This document shows, piece after piece, positions 45,937 to 54,820 of a stretch of 64,000 nt of DNA (the first letter of the stretch is position 1; the number at the start of each line of letters is the position of its first letter). This DNA comes from Anaerolineales bacterium. Its GTDB lineage: Bacteria > Chloroflexota > Anaerolineae > Anaerolineales > Villigracilaceae. The position numbers and the translations under genes were made by a program. Location: the NCBI GenBank assembly GCA_050293165.1, contig JBNKMO010000059.1, positions 130 to 64,129 of the forward strand, in the 5' to 3' direction. The notes below the pieces were generated by a model. The model was not told the DNA's origin. It made no database searches and saw nothing but the letters and a program-made list of their open reading frames with translations.

Positions 45937-46944
45937 ATGAAAAATAACTGGAAATTTTGGTTGGGTGTGCTGGTCAGCGCGCTCTTTATGTACTGGGCGT
46001 TCAGCAAGTTGGCATGGGGCGACTTTGTGAGCGCGGTAGCGGCGGCGAATTATTGGTGGCTGCTGCCTGGGGTGGCGGTCTACTTTGTAGCAGTCTGGAT
46101 ACGGGCATGGCGCTGGCATTATCTGTTGGCACCGATCAAAAAAGTGCCAACGAAAAAGATGTTCCCGATTACGACAATTGGCTACATGGGCAATAATATC
46201 TACCCCGCGCGGGCCGGCGAAGTGCTGCGGGCGGTCATCCTGAAACGCAAGGAAGGCATTTCGGTCTCGGCCTCGCTGGCAACGATCATTGTTGAGCGCA
46301 TTTTTGATGGCGTGGTGATGTTGGCCTTCGTCTTTTTGAATTTGGGTGAGTTGGCAATGCTGGCGAATTCTGATTCCGGATTTTTCGGCAATATCCAGTC
46401 GTTGGCACTCTGGGGGACGGGGGCGTTCGTGGGCGCGTTGGCGGTCTTTTTGCTGGCAGCGATGTTCCCGCAGGTGACGGCGAAAATTGGCCTTTGGTTT
46501 ATTTATCGCTTGCTGCCGGAGCGTTTGCATATCAAGACAATCAGCGTAATGAATAAATTTCTGGATGGGCTGGCATCGCTGCGTTCGCCCTTCAATGTCT
46601 TGATGGTCTTTTTTACATCTACAATTATCTGGCTGCTTGAGACGGTCAAGTATTGGTTTGTGATGCACGCCTTTGGTTTTACGGTCTCGTTCTTTGTGCT
46701 GATGTTGATGAACGGTATCGTCAATTTGGCGACAACCATCCCCTCCGCGCCGGGCTATGTGGGCACCTTCGACTTGCCGGGCATCGCGGTGTTGACGGCC
46801 TATGGCGTCAACGCAGAAGTAGCGGGGGCGTACACGCTCGTGCTGCACGTTGCGCTTTGGCTGCCGATAACGCTGCTGGGCGCGTATTATCTGGCGAAAG
46901 AGGGAATCAAGTGGTCGGATGATTTACGGGCTGAGACCAAATAA
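45937..46944 (+). CDS. UPF0104 / lysylphosphatidylglycerol-synthase-TM-region (flippase-like) membrane protein
   Basis: An 8-TM protein with the N-terminus MKNNWKFWLGVLVSALFMYWAFSKL...RAWRWHYLL, typical of this family. Confidence 0.8.
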   Translation: MKNNWKFWLGVLVSALFMYWAFSKLAWGDFVSAVAAANYWWLLPGVAVYFVAVWIRAWRWHYLLAPIKKVPTKKMFPITTIGYMGNNIYPARAGEVLRAVILKRKEGISVSASLATIIVERIFDGVVMLAFVFLNLGELAMLANSDSGFFGNIQSLALWGTGAFVGALAVFLLAAMFPQVTAKIGLWFIYRLLPERLHIKTISVMNKFLDGLASLRSPFNVLMVFFTSTIIWLLETVKYWFVMHAFGFTVSFFVLMLMNGIVNLATTIPSAPGYVGTFDLPGIAVLTAYGVNAEVAGAYTLVLHVALWLPITLLGAYYLAKEGIKWSDDLRAETK

Positions 46945-46996
46945 CACCACAAAGGCACAGAGAGCACAAAGAGACTTTTTAGGGTCACAAAGAGAG
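46945..46996. repeat. Left terminal inverted repeat flanking the GxxExxY gene
   Basis: caccacaaag-N10-cacaaag-N14-cacaaag. CACAAAG occurs at 46948, 46965 and 46986. Confidence 0.7.
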
Positions 46997-47001
46997 GGTT
47001 T

Positions 47002-47388
47002 ATGAGCGAGAGAGACAGAGCAAATGCTTTATCACGCGAAGTAATCGGCGCTGCCATCGAAGTACACAAGGTGCTTGGTGCAGGCTTGTTGGAATCCGCT
47101 TATGAAGAATGCTTGTGTCAGGAACTCAAATTACGCGGTATTCCTTTTGAACGCCAAGTTGAGCTTCCCATCGAATATAAAGGGTTGAAACTTTCTGCTG
47201 GCTATCGCATGGATATTGTGGTCGATGGCTTGCTTATTCTTGAATTAAAATCTGTCGAAAAAATATTACCCATACACGAGGCACAATTGCTTACCTACTT
47301 ACGCATGTCAAAAACATGGCTGGGATTATTGATCAACTTCAATGTCCCGGTGCTCAAAGAAGGCATCCGAAGACGCGTTCAAGGGTAA
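47002..47388 (+). CDS. GxxExxY protein (PD-(D/E)XK nuclease superfamily)
   Basis: GAGLLESAYEECL (GxxExxY), D-(x)n-ELK core DIVVDGLLILELKS, and a size of about 128 aa. Confidence 0.85.
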   Translation: MSERDRANALSREVIGAAIEVHKVLGAGLLESAYEECLCQELKLRGIPFERQVELPIEYKGLKLSAGYRMDIVVDGLLILELKSVEKILPIHEAQLLTYLRMSKTWLGLLINFNVPVLKEGIRRRVQG

Positions 47389-47439
47389 GAACTTTGTGCC
47401 TCTAGAAAAAGACTTTGTGTACTTCGTGTCTTTGTGGTG
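47389..47439. repeat. Right terminal inverted repeat flanking the GxxExxY gene
   Basis: Its reverse complement reads caccacaaag-N10-cacaaag-N14-cacaaag, the same spacing as the left arm. CTTTGTG occurs at 47392, 47413 and 47430. Confidence 0.7.
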
Positions 47440-47457
47440 CATAAAACAGGAGAAGTT

Positions 47458-48780
47458 ATGAAAATTGCAATTATTGGTGCAGGGTACGCAGGCATGTCTG
47501 CCGCGTACGATTTCGCAAAGGCCGGTCATCAGGTCACGATCTATGAAGCAGAAGATTCTGCGGGCGGTTTGGCGCGCGGCTTCAAGGACGAAAACTGGGA
47601 TTGGACCGTCGACCGTTTTTACCATCACTGGTTCGCCAGCGACGAGCACATGCTTGGCATCATCAACGAGCTGGGATTGAGCGACAAAGTTCTTTTCCCA
47701 CGTCCTTATACGGTGATGCTGCACAACGAGAAATGGTATCCATTCGACTCGATCCTGCAAGCACTGCTTTACCCGGGCTTGGGCTGGGGCGTGGACAAAC
47801 TCCGTTTTGGCTTGGTCGGTGTTTATTTGCGTTTGACCAAAAATTGGAAAAGTCTTGAAAAAGTGACTGTGGACAGTTGGATGCGCAAATGGGCAGGTGA
47901 CCGCGTCTACGAGCAGATGTGGGAACCGATGCTGATCGGTAAATTTGGCAAACATTATAAAGATGTGCCGATGTCGTGGTTCTGGGCACGCATCCATGCG
48001 CGCACGACGAAGCTCGGTACTTTTGTGGGCGGCTTTCAGGCTTTTGCGGATGCTTTTACTGAGAAGCTGCGCGAGATGGGGGTAGATGTCCGTTTCTCGG
48101 TGCGGGTTTCGAAGATCATCCCGAAGTCGGGCACAACATCCGGTGAAGGGAATCAAGCCCAAAGGGTGAGCGTTTTCGGCGAGACGGGAGAAGAAATCTA
48201 TGACAAGGTTTTGGTCACTACGTCGCCCTCTGTGATGTCTTATCTGGTTCCCAATTTGCCGCCGGAGTATTTGGGTGCGCTGAAAAAATTAAAGAATATG
48301 GGTGCGGTCGTTTTGGTCACGGCGTTGAAACATCAGCTTTCGGAAGATGGTTATTACTGGTTCAACTTGCCGAAGAAGGAGGGCTTTCCCTTTTTAGCGC
48401 TAGTCGAGCATACGAATTATGTTTCGTCGGAGCATTTTGGCGGCGAGTATATCGTGTATGCGGGCGATTATTTGGAGCCCGGGCACGAGCATTTTGAGCT
48501 AAGCGCCGAAGAATTGATGGACAGGTTCGCGGAGAGTTTTGCGCGCATCAATCCCAAATTTGAGCGTGATTGGGTGCGCAAGGTCTGGGTCTTCAAAGCG
48601 GAGTATGCCCAGCCCGTACCGCAGGTGAGCCATTCGCATAATATCCCCGCCATTGAGACCCCGCTGGAGGGCATTTACTTCGCCAGCATGAGCCAGGTCT
48701 ACCCTTGGGATCGGGGGACGAATTTCGCGGTCGAGATTGGGCGCAGGGCGGCACGGTTGATGATGAGTGAACAAAGATAA
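47458..48780 (+). CDS. FAD-dependent oxidoreductase (amine-oxidase / phytoene-desaturase-like fold)
   Basis: MKIAIIGAGYAGMSAAYDFAKAGHQVTIYEA dinucleotide fold. SD aggagaag precedes the ATG at 47458. Confidence 0.85.
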   Translation: MKIAIIGAGYAGMSAAYDFAKAGHQVTIYEAEDSAGGLARGFKDENWDWTVDRFYHHWFASDEHMLGIINELGLSDKVLFPRPYTVMLHNEKWYPFDSILQALLYPGLGWGVDKLRFGLVGVYLRLTKNWKSLEKVTVDSWMRKWAGDRVYEQMWEPMLIGKFGKHYKDVPMSWFWARIHARTTKLGTFVGGFQAFADAFTEKLREMGVDVRFSVRVSKIIPKSGTTSGEGNQAQRVSVFGETGEEIYDKVLVTTSPSVMSYLVPNLPPEYLGALKKLKNMGAVVLVTALKHQLSEDGYYWFNLPKKEGFPFLALVEHTNYVSSEHFGGEYIVYAGDYLEPGHEHFELSAEELMDRFAESFARINPKFERDWVRKVWVFKAEYAQPVPQVSHSHNIPAIETPLEGIYFASMSQVYPWDRGTNFAVEIGRRAARLMMSEQR

Positions 48781-48817
48781 CAGCAATTCGAACGATGAAA
48801 CTGGGGAAGAACCGATA

Positions 48818-49576
48818 ATGAAAAAAGTAGTTGTTCGTTTACTGATAGCTGTAGCTGTTTGCCTGCTTTTTATATGTGCCATAGCTTGGGTAGCTGGAGG
48901 GATCGAGCAAGCAGCACACGGTGAGCCAGTTGCTTTTAGTAATGATGGAGAAGTATATGGGATTGATGCAAACACAATATTGCAAAAGATTTCTTCAGGA
49001 GAAACCGATATATTTGAACTTCTGCCTAATGAAGTAGATTATGCCACCCCCATTCCTAACCTGCCTCCTGTACGATTTACTAGCACTGATTATTTACAAA
49101 TAAAAGACGCCTTTAACCGTTTTCTTTCGGATGAAGAAATTGAAAATTGGGAATATAGCGAAATTTCTTATGGATTAGATTGTGAAGATATTAGCTATGG
49201 ACCACAGGAAGCCTTTTTAAGTATTGTCAAATACATTGTCCATAATGCTGATGAAGTTCGAGTTAAAAGATCGATTGTAATAGAACCTTATAGAGAACGA
49301 ATTTCATGGTTTGAAGAAGGACGAGAAGTTCTATTCTCTTACCCAACATTTGATTATGCAAATATCAAAATCTCTGCTGAGGAGGCTTTAGAAATTGCGG
49401 AAATAAACGGCGGCAAGGAGTTTCGCCCAGCGCAAGATGAGCAGTGCACAATTGCTATCAGTATTTCAGCAAGTCATTTCGATAATGGTTGGGAAGTTAG
49501 ATATATAGGAACAGGGATGAGTTATGAAGTCCATGTCAATAAGGATACAGGGGAATACGAGATTATTGAACAATAG
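48818..49576 (+). CDS. Hypothetical membrane-anchored protein (inserted cargo gene)
   Basis: N-terminal TM MKKVVVRLLIAVAVCLLFICAIAWV. Visibly AT-rich compared with its flanks. C-terminal ...YEVHVNKDTGEYEIIEQ is PepSY-like. Confidence 0.6.
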   Translation: MKKVVVRLLIAVAVCLLFICAIAWVAGGIEQAAHGEPVAFSNDGEVYGIDANTILQKISSGETDIFELLPNEVDYATPIPNLPPVRFTSTDYLQIKDAFNRFLSDEEIENWEYSEISYGLDCEDISYGPQEAFLSIVKYIVHNADEVRVKRSIVIEPYRERISWFEEGREVLFSYPTFDYANIKISAEEALEIAEINGGKEFRPAQDEQCTIAISISASHFDNGWEVRYIGTGMSYEVHVNKDTGEYEIIEQ

Positions 49577-49588
49577 TGAATAAAAGAA

Positions 49589-49618
49589 AGAGCGGACTTT
49601 CAAAAGTCCGCTCTTTTG
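49589..49618 (+). terminator. Rho-independent terminator
   Basis: Stem agagcggacttt / aaagtccgctct (12 bp), then ttttggttt. Confidence 0.8.
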
Positions 49619-49742
49619 GTTTATGCGTTTTCTGTGAACTTCACGAACGGCTCTGGTACAACACCGCCAACGCCGCCCCAATCGCCTGCGAGAGATCGCC
49701 CAACGCCGCGTGTAATTAGATCATTCTAAAAAAACGACATTC

Positions 49743-49855
49743 CCCCCCTGAATGGGATTTACTTTGCGAGCATGAGTTAGGTCTATCCATGGGGTCGCGG
49801 GACGAACTTTGCGGTCGAGATCGGGCGTAGAGCGGCAAGGTTGATGATGAGGTAA
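49743..49855 (+). pseudogene. Remnant 3' end of an FAD oxidoreductase gene, a duplicate of 48658-48780
   Basis: The remnant translates to PLNGIYFASMS*VYPWGRGTNFAVEIGRRAARLMMR*. The intact gene reads PLEGIYFASMSQVYPWDRGTNFAVEIGRRAARLMMSEQR*. There is an in-frame TAG at 49778-49780. Confidence 0.75.
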
Positions 49856-50000
49856 TCAGATGTTCCTCTCCTCGCGCAAGCATTTTTTGGATACCCCTTC
49901 GGGCATGTTTCGCGAAGATGTGATGTCCGCCTGTACCCGAGATGGTGGAGGATAGAGACGGCAAATACCAAGTACAAATAGCTGTTTTGCGTAGCATCAG

Positions 50001-50291
50001 TTAATAAACAGATATGTAATGTTCAACTGTCGGAAAGGGATCGTAAAAGTGGTGCAGGAGCTTTTTCCATTCCTGATATTCTTCAGAGCCACGAAAGCCT
50101 TCTGTGTGGGCTTCCAGACTTTCCCAATTTACAAGCAAAAGATATTTGCCTTCGTTTTCAAGACAGCGTTGAAGTTGATGCGAAAGATAGCCTTCCATTG
50201 AAGAGATGATTTTTTGTGCTTCTCCGAAGGCCGCTTCAAATTCTGTTTTCAGACCGGGTTTTATATCCAGCATTGCCACTTCAAGAATCAT
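50001..50291 (-). CDS. Antibiotic-biosynthesis-monooxygenase (ABM) domain protein
   Basis: A 96-aa ferredoxin-like fold protein, with ...LLVNWESLEAHTEGFRGSEEYQEW... Confidence 0.78.
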   Translation of the reverse strand: MILEVAMLDIKPGLKTEFEAAFGEAQKIISSMEGYLSHQLQRCLENEGKYLLLVNWESLEAHTEGFRGSEEYQEWKKLLHHFYDPFPTVEHYISVY

Positions 50292-50309
50292 TTAATACTT
50301 CCTGTTATT

Positions 50310-52538
50310 TTACCCTTCCGCAGGCGGAGCGGCTTTGCCGTAATCCAGCACATCGCGGACACCGGTACCGCCGGTTGGAGGGCCGACAATGCCTTCGTCT
50401 TCCATCGCGTCCACAAGGCGGGATGCACGGGTGTAGCCGATGCGTAATTTGCGCTGCAACATGGAAACCGAGGCACGTCCCTGCCTGCGGACGATGTCGA
50501 CCGCTTCGTCAAAGAGGGGATCAATCTTCTTGGCGGCGTTCATCTCTTCTTCAAACATCTCGACCTGTTTTAGCGGCACACCCGTGTAGGGCTTGCTCAT
50601 CTGTTCCCCAGACATGGAATAGGCGCTTTCCTGTCCGTTTTGGATACGCCAAAAATCGACGAGGCGGGCGGTTTCGGTATCGGAGATGAATACACCCTGC
50701 AGGCGGGCTGCGGAGGGGGCATCGGGGGCTTGATAGAGCATGTCACCACGTCCAAGCAGGCGTTCGGCGCCGGGTTGATCGAGAATGACGCGACTATCGG
50801 TACCGGAAGCAACTGCAAAGGCGATGCGCGCCGGGAAGTTGGCTTTGATCAACCCCGTGACCACATCCACAGAGGGACGTTGCGTGGCAAGGATCATGTG
50901 AATCCCTGTTGCACGCGCAAGCTGGGCAAGGCGTGTGATGGTGCGCTCTGTCTCATCGGGGGCGATCATCATTAAATCCGCTAACTCGTCGATGATGATG
51001 ACAAGATAGGGTAGGGTTTTACCGCCCTGTGCTTCCATGCGGGCATTGTAGTCGACGATATTGCGCGCGCCAGTCTGTGAGAATTCATGGTAGCGCTTGT
51101 CCATTTCGCGAGTCATCCATTGCAGCGCGCCGACGACACGCTCGGTCTCGACGACAACGGGCGCAAGCAGGTGCGGGATACCGTTGTAACCGGTTAGCTC
51201 AACGCGTTTGGGGTCAACCAGCACCAGCCGCAGATCATCGGGCGTGTTGTAAAGTAGCATGGACGTCAGAATGGCGTTGATACAAACCGATTTACCGGAA
51301 CCGGTAGTACCTGCGATAAGCATGTGGGGCATGGCAGTCAGATCGGCAACTTGGGGATAGCCAGCTACATCACGCCCCAGAGCAAAGCCAAGTGGCATCT
51401 TGGTTGTGTTGAAACTGTCGCTTTCGAGGATGTCGCGCAGGGCGACCATCGTCATCTCTTCGTTGGGAACTTCAATACCAATATAGCCCTTGCCCGGCAC
51501 AGGGGCCTGAATGCGGATGCGCGAGGCCGCCAGCGCGAGGGCAAGGTCATCCGCAAGGGAAGTGATCTTGTTCACGCGCACGCGGGTTCTGCCTTTGCGT
51601 GTTTCGATGAAACCGGGCTCCACACCAAATTGTGTGATCGTAGGGCCGCGGTTGATCTCAACAATCTTAACGGGTGCACCAAAAGAATCGAGCGTGTCTT
51701 CAATCAGTTCTGCGCGCTGGGCAATAAACTCTTCGTTCATGGTTGGCACAAAGCCGGGGTCAAGAATCTCCGCAATGGGAGGCAGGTACCATTCGCGCTG
51801 CGCTTCTTCTGCCGGCAGTTCTGCTTCGGAGGTAGTAGCCTGCCCCTCAGCAGGAGCGTATCCGTTCATCTGCACAGGCGGAAGCACCTCCTGCTGGCGG
51901 CTGGATGCCAACATCTCGTTAATGCGCTCTTTCCAGAGGTCGTAGATGGCAATGAAAAAAGGGCTGACTCGGTCAAAGAATTCAGGAATGGACATATCAA
52001 GCGTGATCGTGATGGCAATCAGCAGCCAGGCGAACAGCACAACGCCGACACCAAACTTGCCCAGCCCGGTTTGCACGATCCGCATGAAGAGCGCACCCAA
52101 ATAGCCCCCGCCGATTTTCGCCTCTTCAAAGGTAACGACGTACATCGGGTTCCCTGCAACAATATGCAAAAGAGGCAGGAGCCACAGGAAGATCAATGAA
52201 AGTCCGGTAGCGCGCTCAAGCGTTAGCTGCGGCACACTTTCCTGATTGCGTACCACGAGCCAAACACCAACCACAATTAACGAGATCGGAAAAGCCCACG
52301 CACCCCAACCAAAGGAGCGGGTTAGGAAAACCACCCACGCCTCAACAAATAAACTGCGATTATTTGAAATCAAACTCAGAATCGTCAGAATACCCAAAAT
52401 ACCCAGCACAGTCCCGGCCAGATCAAGGCGGCGGTTAATAGACATACGCTGCCAGAAATTTAACTGCGCAGGCGCGTTATCCGTCTTTTTCTTTGCGGGG
52501 GAACTTTTCTTTTTGGCGGGAGGCTTTTTGATTGGCAT
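50310..52538 (-). CDS. ftsK: DNA translocase FtsK
   Basis: N-terminal TM helices, Walker A GTTGSGKSV, and a C-terminal gamma winged helix (...LQRKLRIGYTRASRLVD). The start was moved to the ATG at 52538 (MPIKKPPAKKK...). Confidence 0.92.
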   Translation of the reverse strand: MPIKKPPAKKKSSPAKKKTDNAPAQLNFWQRMSINRRLDLAGTVLGILGILTILSLISNNRSLFVEAWVVFLTRSFGWGAWAFPISLIVVGVWLVVRNQESVPQLTLERATGLSLIFLWLLPLLHIVAGNPMYVVTFEEAKIGGGYLGALFMRIVQTGLGKFGVGVVLFAWLLIAITITLDMSIPEFFDRVSPFFIAIYDLWKERINEMLASSRQQEVLPPVQMNGYAPAEGQATTSEAELPAEEAQREWYLPPIAEILDPGFVPTMNEEFIAQRAELIEDTLDSFGAPVKIVEINRGPTITQFGVEPGFIETRKGRTRVRVNKITSLADDLALALAASRIRIQAPVPGKGYIGIEVPNEEMTMVALRDILESDSFNTTKMPLGFALGRDVAGYPQVADLTAMPHMLIAGTTGSGKSVCINAILTSMLLYNTPDDLRLVLVDPKRVELTGYNGIPHLLAPVVVETERVVGALQWMTREMDKRYHEFSQTGARNIVDYNARMEAQGGKTLPYLVIIIDELADLMMIAPDETERTITRLAQLARATGIHMILATQRPSVDVVTGLIKANFPARIAFAVASGTDSRVILDQPGAERLLGRGDMLYQAPDAPSAARLQGVFISDTETARLVDFWRIQNGQESAYSMSGEQMSKPYTGVPLKQVEMFEEEMNAAKKIDPLFDEAVDIVRRQGRASVSMLQRKLRIGYTRASRLVDAMEDEGIVGPPTGGTGVRDVLDYGKAAPPAEG

Positions 52539-52635
52539 ATTCGTTTGGCACCCTGAAAAATTGATGAAATCAAACGAACAAAGTATAGCACAAATGGTCA
52601 GTGCGAGGCGCGTCAAGGGATTGCTTTCAGGCAGA

Positions 52636-52770
52636 TTAACGGATGCCGCCCACAGCCAGCATCATGTAAACCAGCGGAGACAAGCTTCTCATCCGCGCGT
52701 GTGCGCTCGCCTTTTGGTTTGCCATGTATCCTTCAGAATCTGCCCAACGAATAGCATCAAGGCGTTTCAT
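52636..52770 (-). CDS. Candidate small protein (44 aa), below the ORF-track size cutoff
   Basis: MKRLDAIRWADSEGYMANQKASAHARMRSLSPLVYMMLAVGGIR, preceded by a strong SD aagaggaggag. It lies upstream of ftsK on the same strand. Confidence 0.35.
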   Translation of the reverse strand: MKRLDAIRWADSEGYMANQKASAHARMRSLSPLVYMMLAVGGIR

Positions 52771-52883
52771 CTCCTCCTCTTAGGAAGTTGGTCGTCTTGC
52801 TGGAAAGATACCTTTATGCTAGACTTGATTTAGTTATCTAAAGAAATTATTTCTCTATTTCCCAAACAAACACAAAGGACAAT

Positions 52884-54044
52884 ATGATGGCTGAAAAAAT
52901 CTTAATCATTGATGATGATCTGGATACACTCCGCCTTGTGGGGCTAATGCTTGAGAAGCAAGGTTACCAGATTGCAGCAGCCAACAACGGAGAACAGGGG
53001 CTACTCAAGGTTAAGGAAGAAAACCCTGATCTGATATTGCTTGATGTGATGATGCCTGACATGGACGGCTACGAAGTAGCGCGCCGTTTACGCCAGGACC
53101 CAAGCACCGCCAGCATCCCCATTTTGATGTTCACCGCCAAATCGCAGCTCGACGATAAGGTCAGCGGCTTCGAGTCCGGTGCCGACGATTATTTAACCAA
53201 ACCAACGCATCCCACCGAATTACAAGCTCATGTAAAAGCATTACTGGCTCGCTCCATCAAAGCACAGGTAGAAGCCGCTGTTGCAGATAAGAAAGCTTTC
53301 ATTGTTGGCGTCCTCAGCGTACGAGGCGGTCTGGGTGTTTCGGCTGTAGCGTTGAATCTCGGCAGTTATTTGCAAAGCGAAATGGGTGCGGATACTGTCG
53401 TTGCGGAGATGACGCCAGGCATGGGAACAATCGGTCGAGATCTCGGGTTTGAAAGTTACGACGAGTTTTCAACCTTGCTGAAAAATACTCCAGATGCAAT
53501 AGACAACGAGGCTGTTAACGGTGCACTCAACAAGCATAAATCGGGCTTAAAGCTTTTATTGGCTTCTGAACAACCGCGTGAATATCTCCTAAGGGAATCG
53601 TTACCACAATACAACGCTATTTTTAGACAACTTGCCGGGATATCTCGCTTCCTTATTCTGGATTTGGGCGCCAGTTTGCCACGTGTAAATCAGACCATAC
53701 TTCCGCAATGCGATCATGTGATTGTACTGGTCGAAGCAGCGACCAATACGATCACACACACCAAACTGCTACTCGAAGACCTGTTCGAGTTGGGCGTAAA
53801 AGAAAACAACCTAACCATCGTGATGAATAATCGCGTCCGCTCAGAGATGCTCCTCTCTCTGAGCCAAGTCGAGAAAGCGCTTGAAAGGCGAGTTGGTGTC
53901 ACGTTTACGCCTGCGCCCGAATTGCACACACAGGCACTCCGCATGAAAACCAGCGCTGTTTTGGTACAAGATGAAAGCATGTCCAAACAGCAATTCAAAA
54001 ATTTAGCAGCGATTATTAGTAAAGCAGAGGCACCAGAGGAATGA
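52884..54044 (+). CDS. Response-regulator receiver fused to a ParA/MinD (CpaE-like) domain with a degenerate Walker A
   Basis: Canonical REC (IIDDD, LILLDVMMPDMDG, FTAK, DDYLTKP). The P-loop position reads SVRGGLGVS, which lacks the invariant Lys. Confidence 0.8.
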   Translation: MMAEKILIIDDDLDTLRLVGLMLEKQGYQIAAANNGEQGLLKVKEENPDLILLDVMMPDMDGYEVARRLRQDPSTASIPILMFTAKSQLDDKVSGFESGADDYLTKPTHPTELQAHVKALLARSIKAQVEAAVADKKAFIVGVLSVRGGLGVSAVALNLGSYLQSEMGADTVVAEMTPGMGTIGRDLGFESYDEFSTLLKNTPDAIDNEAVNGALNKHKSGLKLLLASEQPREYLLRESLPQYNAIFRQLAGISRFLILDLGASLPRVNQTILPQCDHVIVLVEAATNTITHTKLLLEDLFELGVKENNLTIVMNNRVRSEMLLSLSQVEKALERRVGVTFTPAPELHTQALRMKTSAVLVQDESMSKQQFKNLAAIISKAEAPEE

Positions 54045-54820
54045 AAAGGCTTGCCAGCCAAGTCATAAAAAAAATTGATATTGCATCTCAGCTTTTTCGG
54101 CAAGCCAAACATACCGTTGTCCTTACAGGGGCAGGCATTTCAACTCCATCGGGGATACCCGACTTTCGTTCGGAGGGTACCGGCCTATGGTCAAAGAGCG
54201 AAGCGATGGAAGTTGCTTCCCTATCCACCTTTCGCTATGATCCATCTCAGTTCTACCAGTGGTTTCGCGCGCTGGCAGCCCGGATCACAAATGCAGTTCC
54301 CAACGCAGCGCATCTCGCGTTAGCAGAGTTAGGCAAGGCCGGTTATATCGAGACCGTTATCACGCAAAACATTGATGTCTTACACCAAAAGGCCGGTTCA
54401 AAAAAAGTAATCGAAATGCACGGAACACTGCGTACTCTCTCGTGTACGCAGTGTTTTCATCAGGTGGAATCCGCGCCTTTTCTAGCCCCTTTTATCAGTG
54501 ACGGCACGATCCCGCACTGTCTTGAATGTGGCGCAATCCTAAAACCGGATGTAATCCTTTTTGGAGAGCAATTACCCCAAAAAGCTTGGTTTGAGGCTCA
54601 ACACGCTGCCCGCCATTGCGATCTAATGCTCGTTGTTGGCTCTTCTCTCGAAGTACTCCCTGTCGCTGGGTTGCCCATGCAGACCCTTGATCGGGGTGGA
54701 CATCTCATCATTATGAACCAAACCCCAACCTATATTAACGTACGCGCCGACATTGTCTTCAACGAAGATGTCGCCACATTGCTTCCTACGCTCGCTGAAC
54801 AGGTTCTAAATCATGACTGA
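54041..54820 (+). CDS. cobB: NAD-dependent protein deacylase (Sir2/CobB family)
   Basis: GAGISTPSGIPDFRS, QNID, catalytic EMHG, and Zn ribbon CTQC...CLEC. ATGA overlap with the upstream gene. Confidence 0.9.
   Translation: MKRLASQVIKKIDIASQLFRQAKHTVVLTGAGISTPSGIPDFRSEGTGLWSKSEAMEVASLSTFRYDPSQFYQWFRALAARITNAVPNAAHLALAELGKAGYIETVITQNIDVLHQKAGSKKVIEMHGTLRTLSCTQCFHQVESAPFLAPFISDGTIPHCLECGAILKPDVILFGEQLPQKAWFEAQHAARHCDLMLVVGSSLEVLPVAGLPMQTLDRGGHLIIMNQTPTYINVRADIVFNEDVATLLPTLAEQVLNHD

Noticed and set aside
45871-46848. 325-aa minus-strand ORF
   Set aside because: It is antisense to a convincing 8-TM UPF0104 membrane-protein gene. Its product is Arg/His/Gln-rich low-complexity sequence with no motif. 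It is a shadow ORF.
47326-48162. 278-aa minus-strand ORF
   Set aside because: It is antisense to the FAD-oxidoreductase gene, which has a clear dinucleotide-binding fold and an SD. The product is not protein-like.
49620-49742. Possible second gene remnant between the cargo-gene terminator and the oxidoreductase remnant
   Set aside because: A minus-strand frame gives ...LGDLSQAIGAALAVLYQSRS*, but it is too short and has no recognisable family. I could not support a call.
51324-52199. 291-aa plus-strand ORF
   Set aside because: It is antisense to ftsK, whose Walker A and gamma domain are unambiguous.
54041-54820. Sir2 protein as a Thoeris/DSR-type defence effector
   Set aside because: It has the canonical sirtuin deacylase motifs and a Zn ribbon, and is about 260 aa. 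It has no ThsB/TIR, HerA or other defence partner. It is embedded in a two-component operon.
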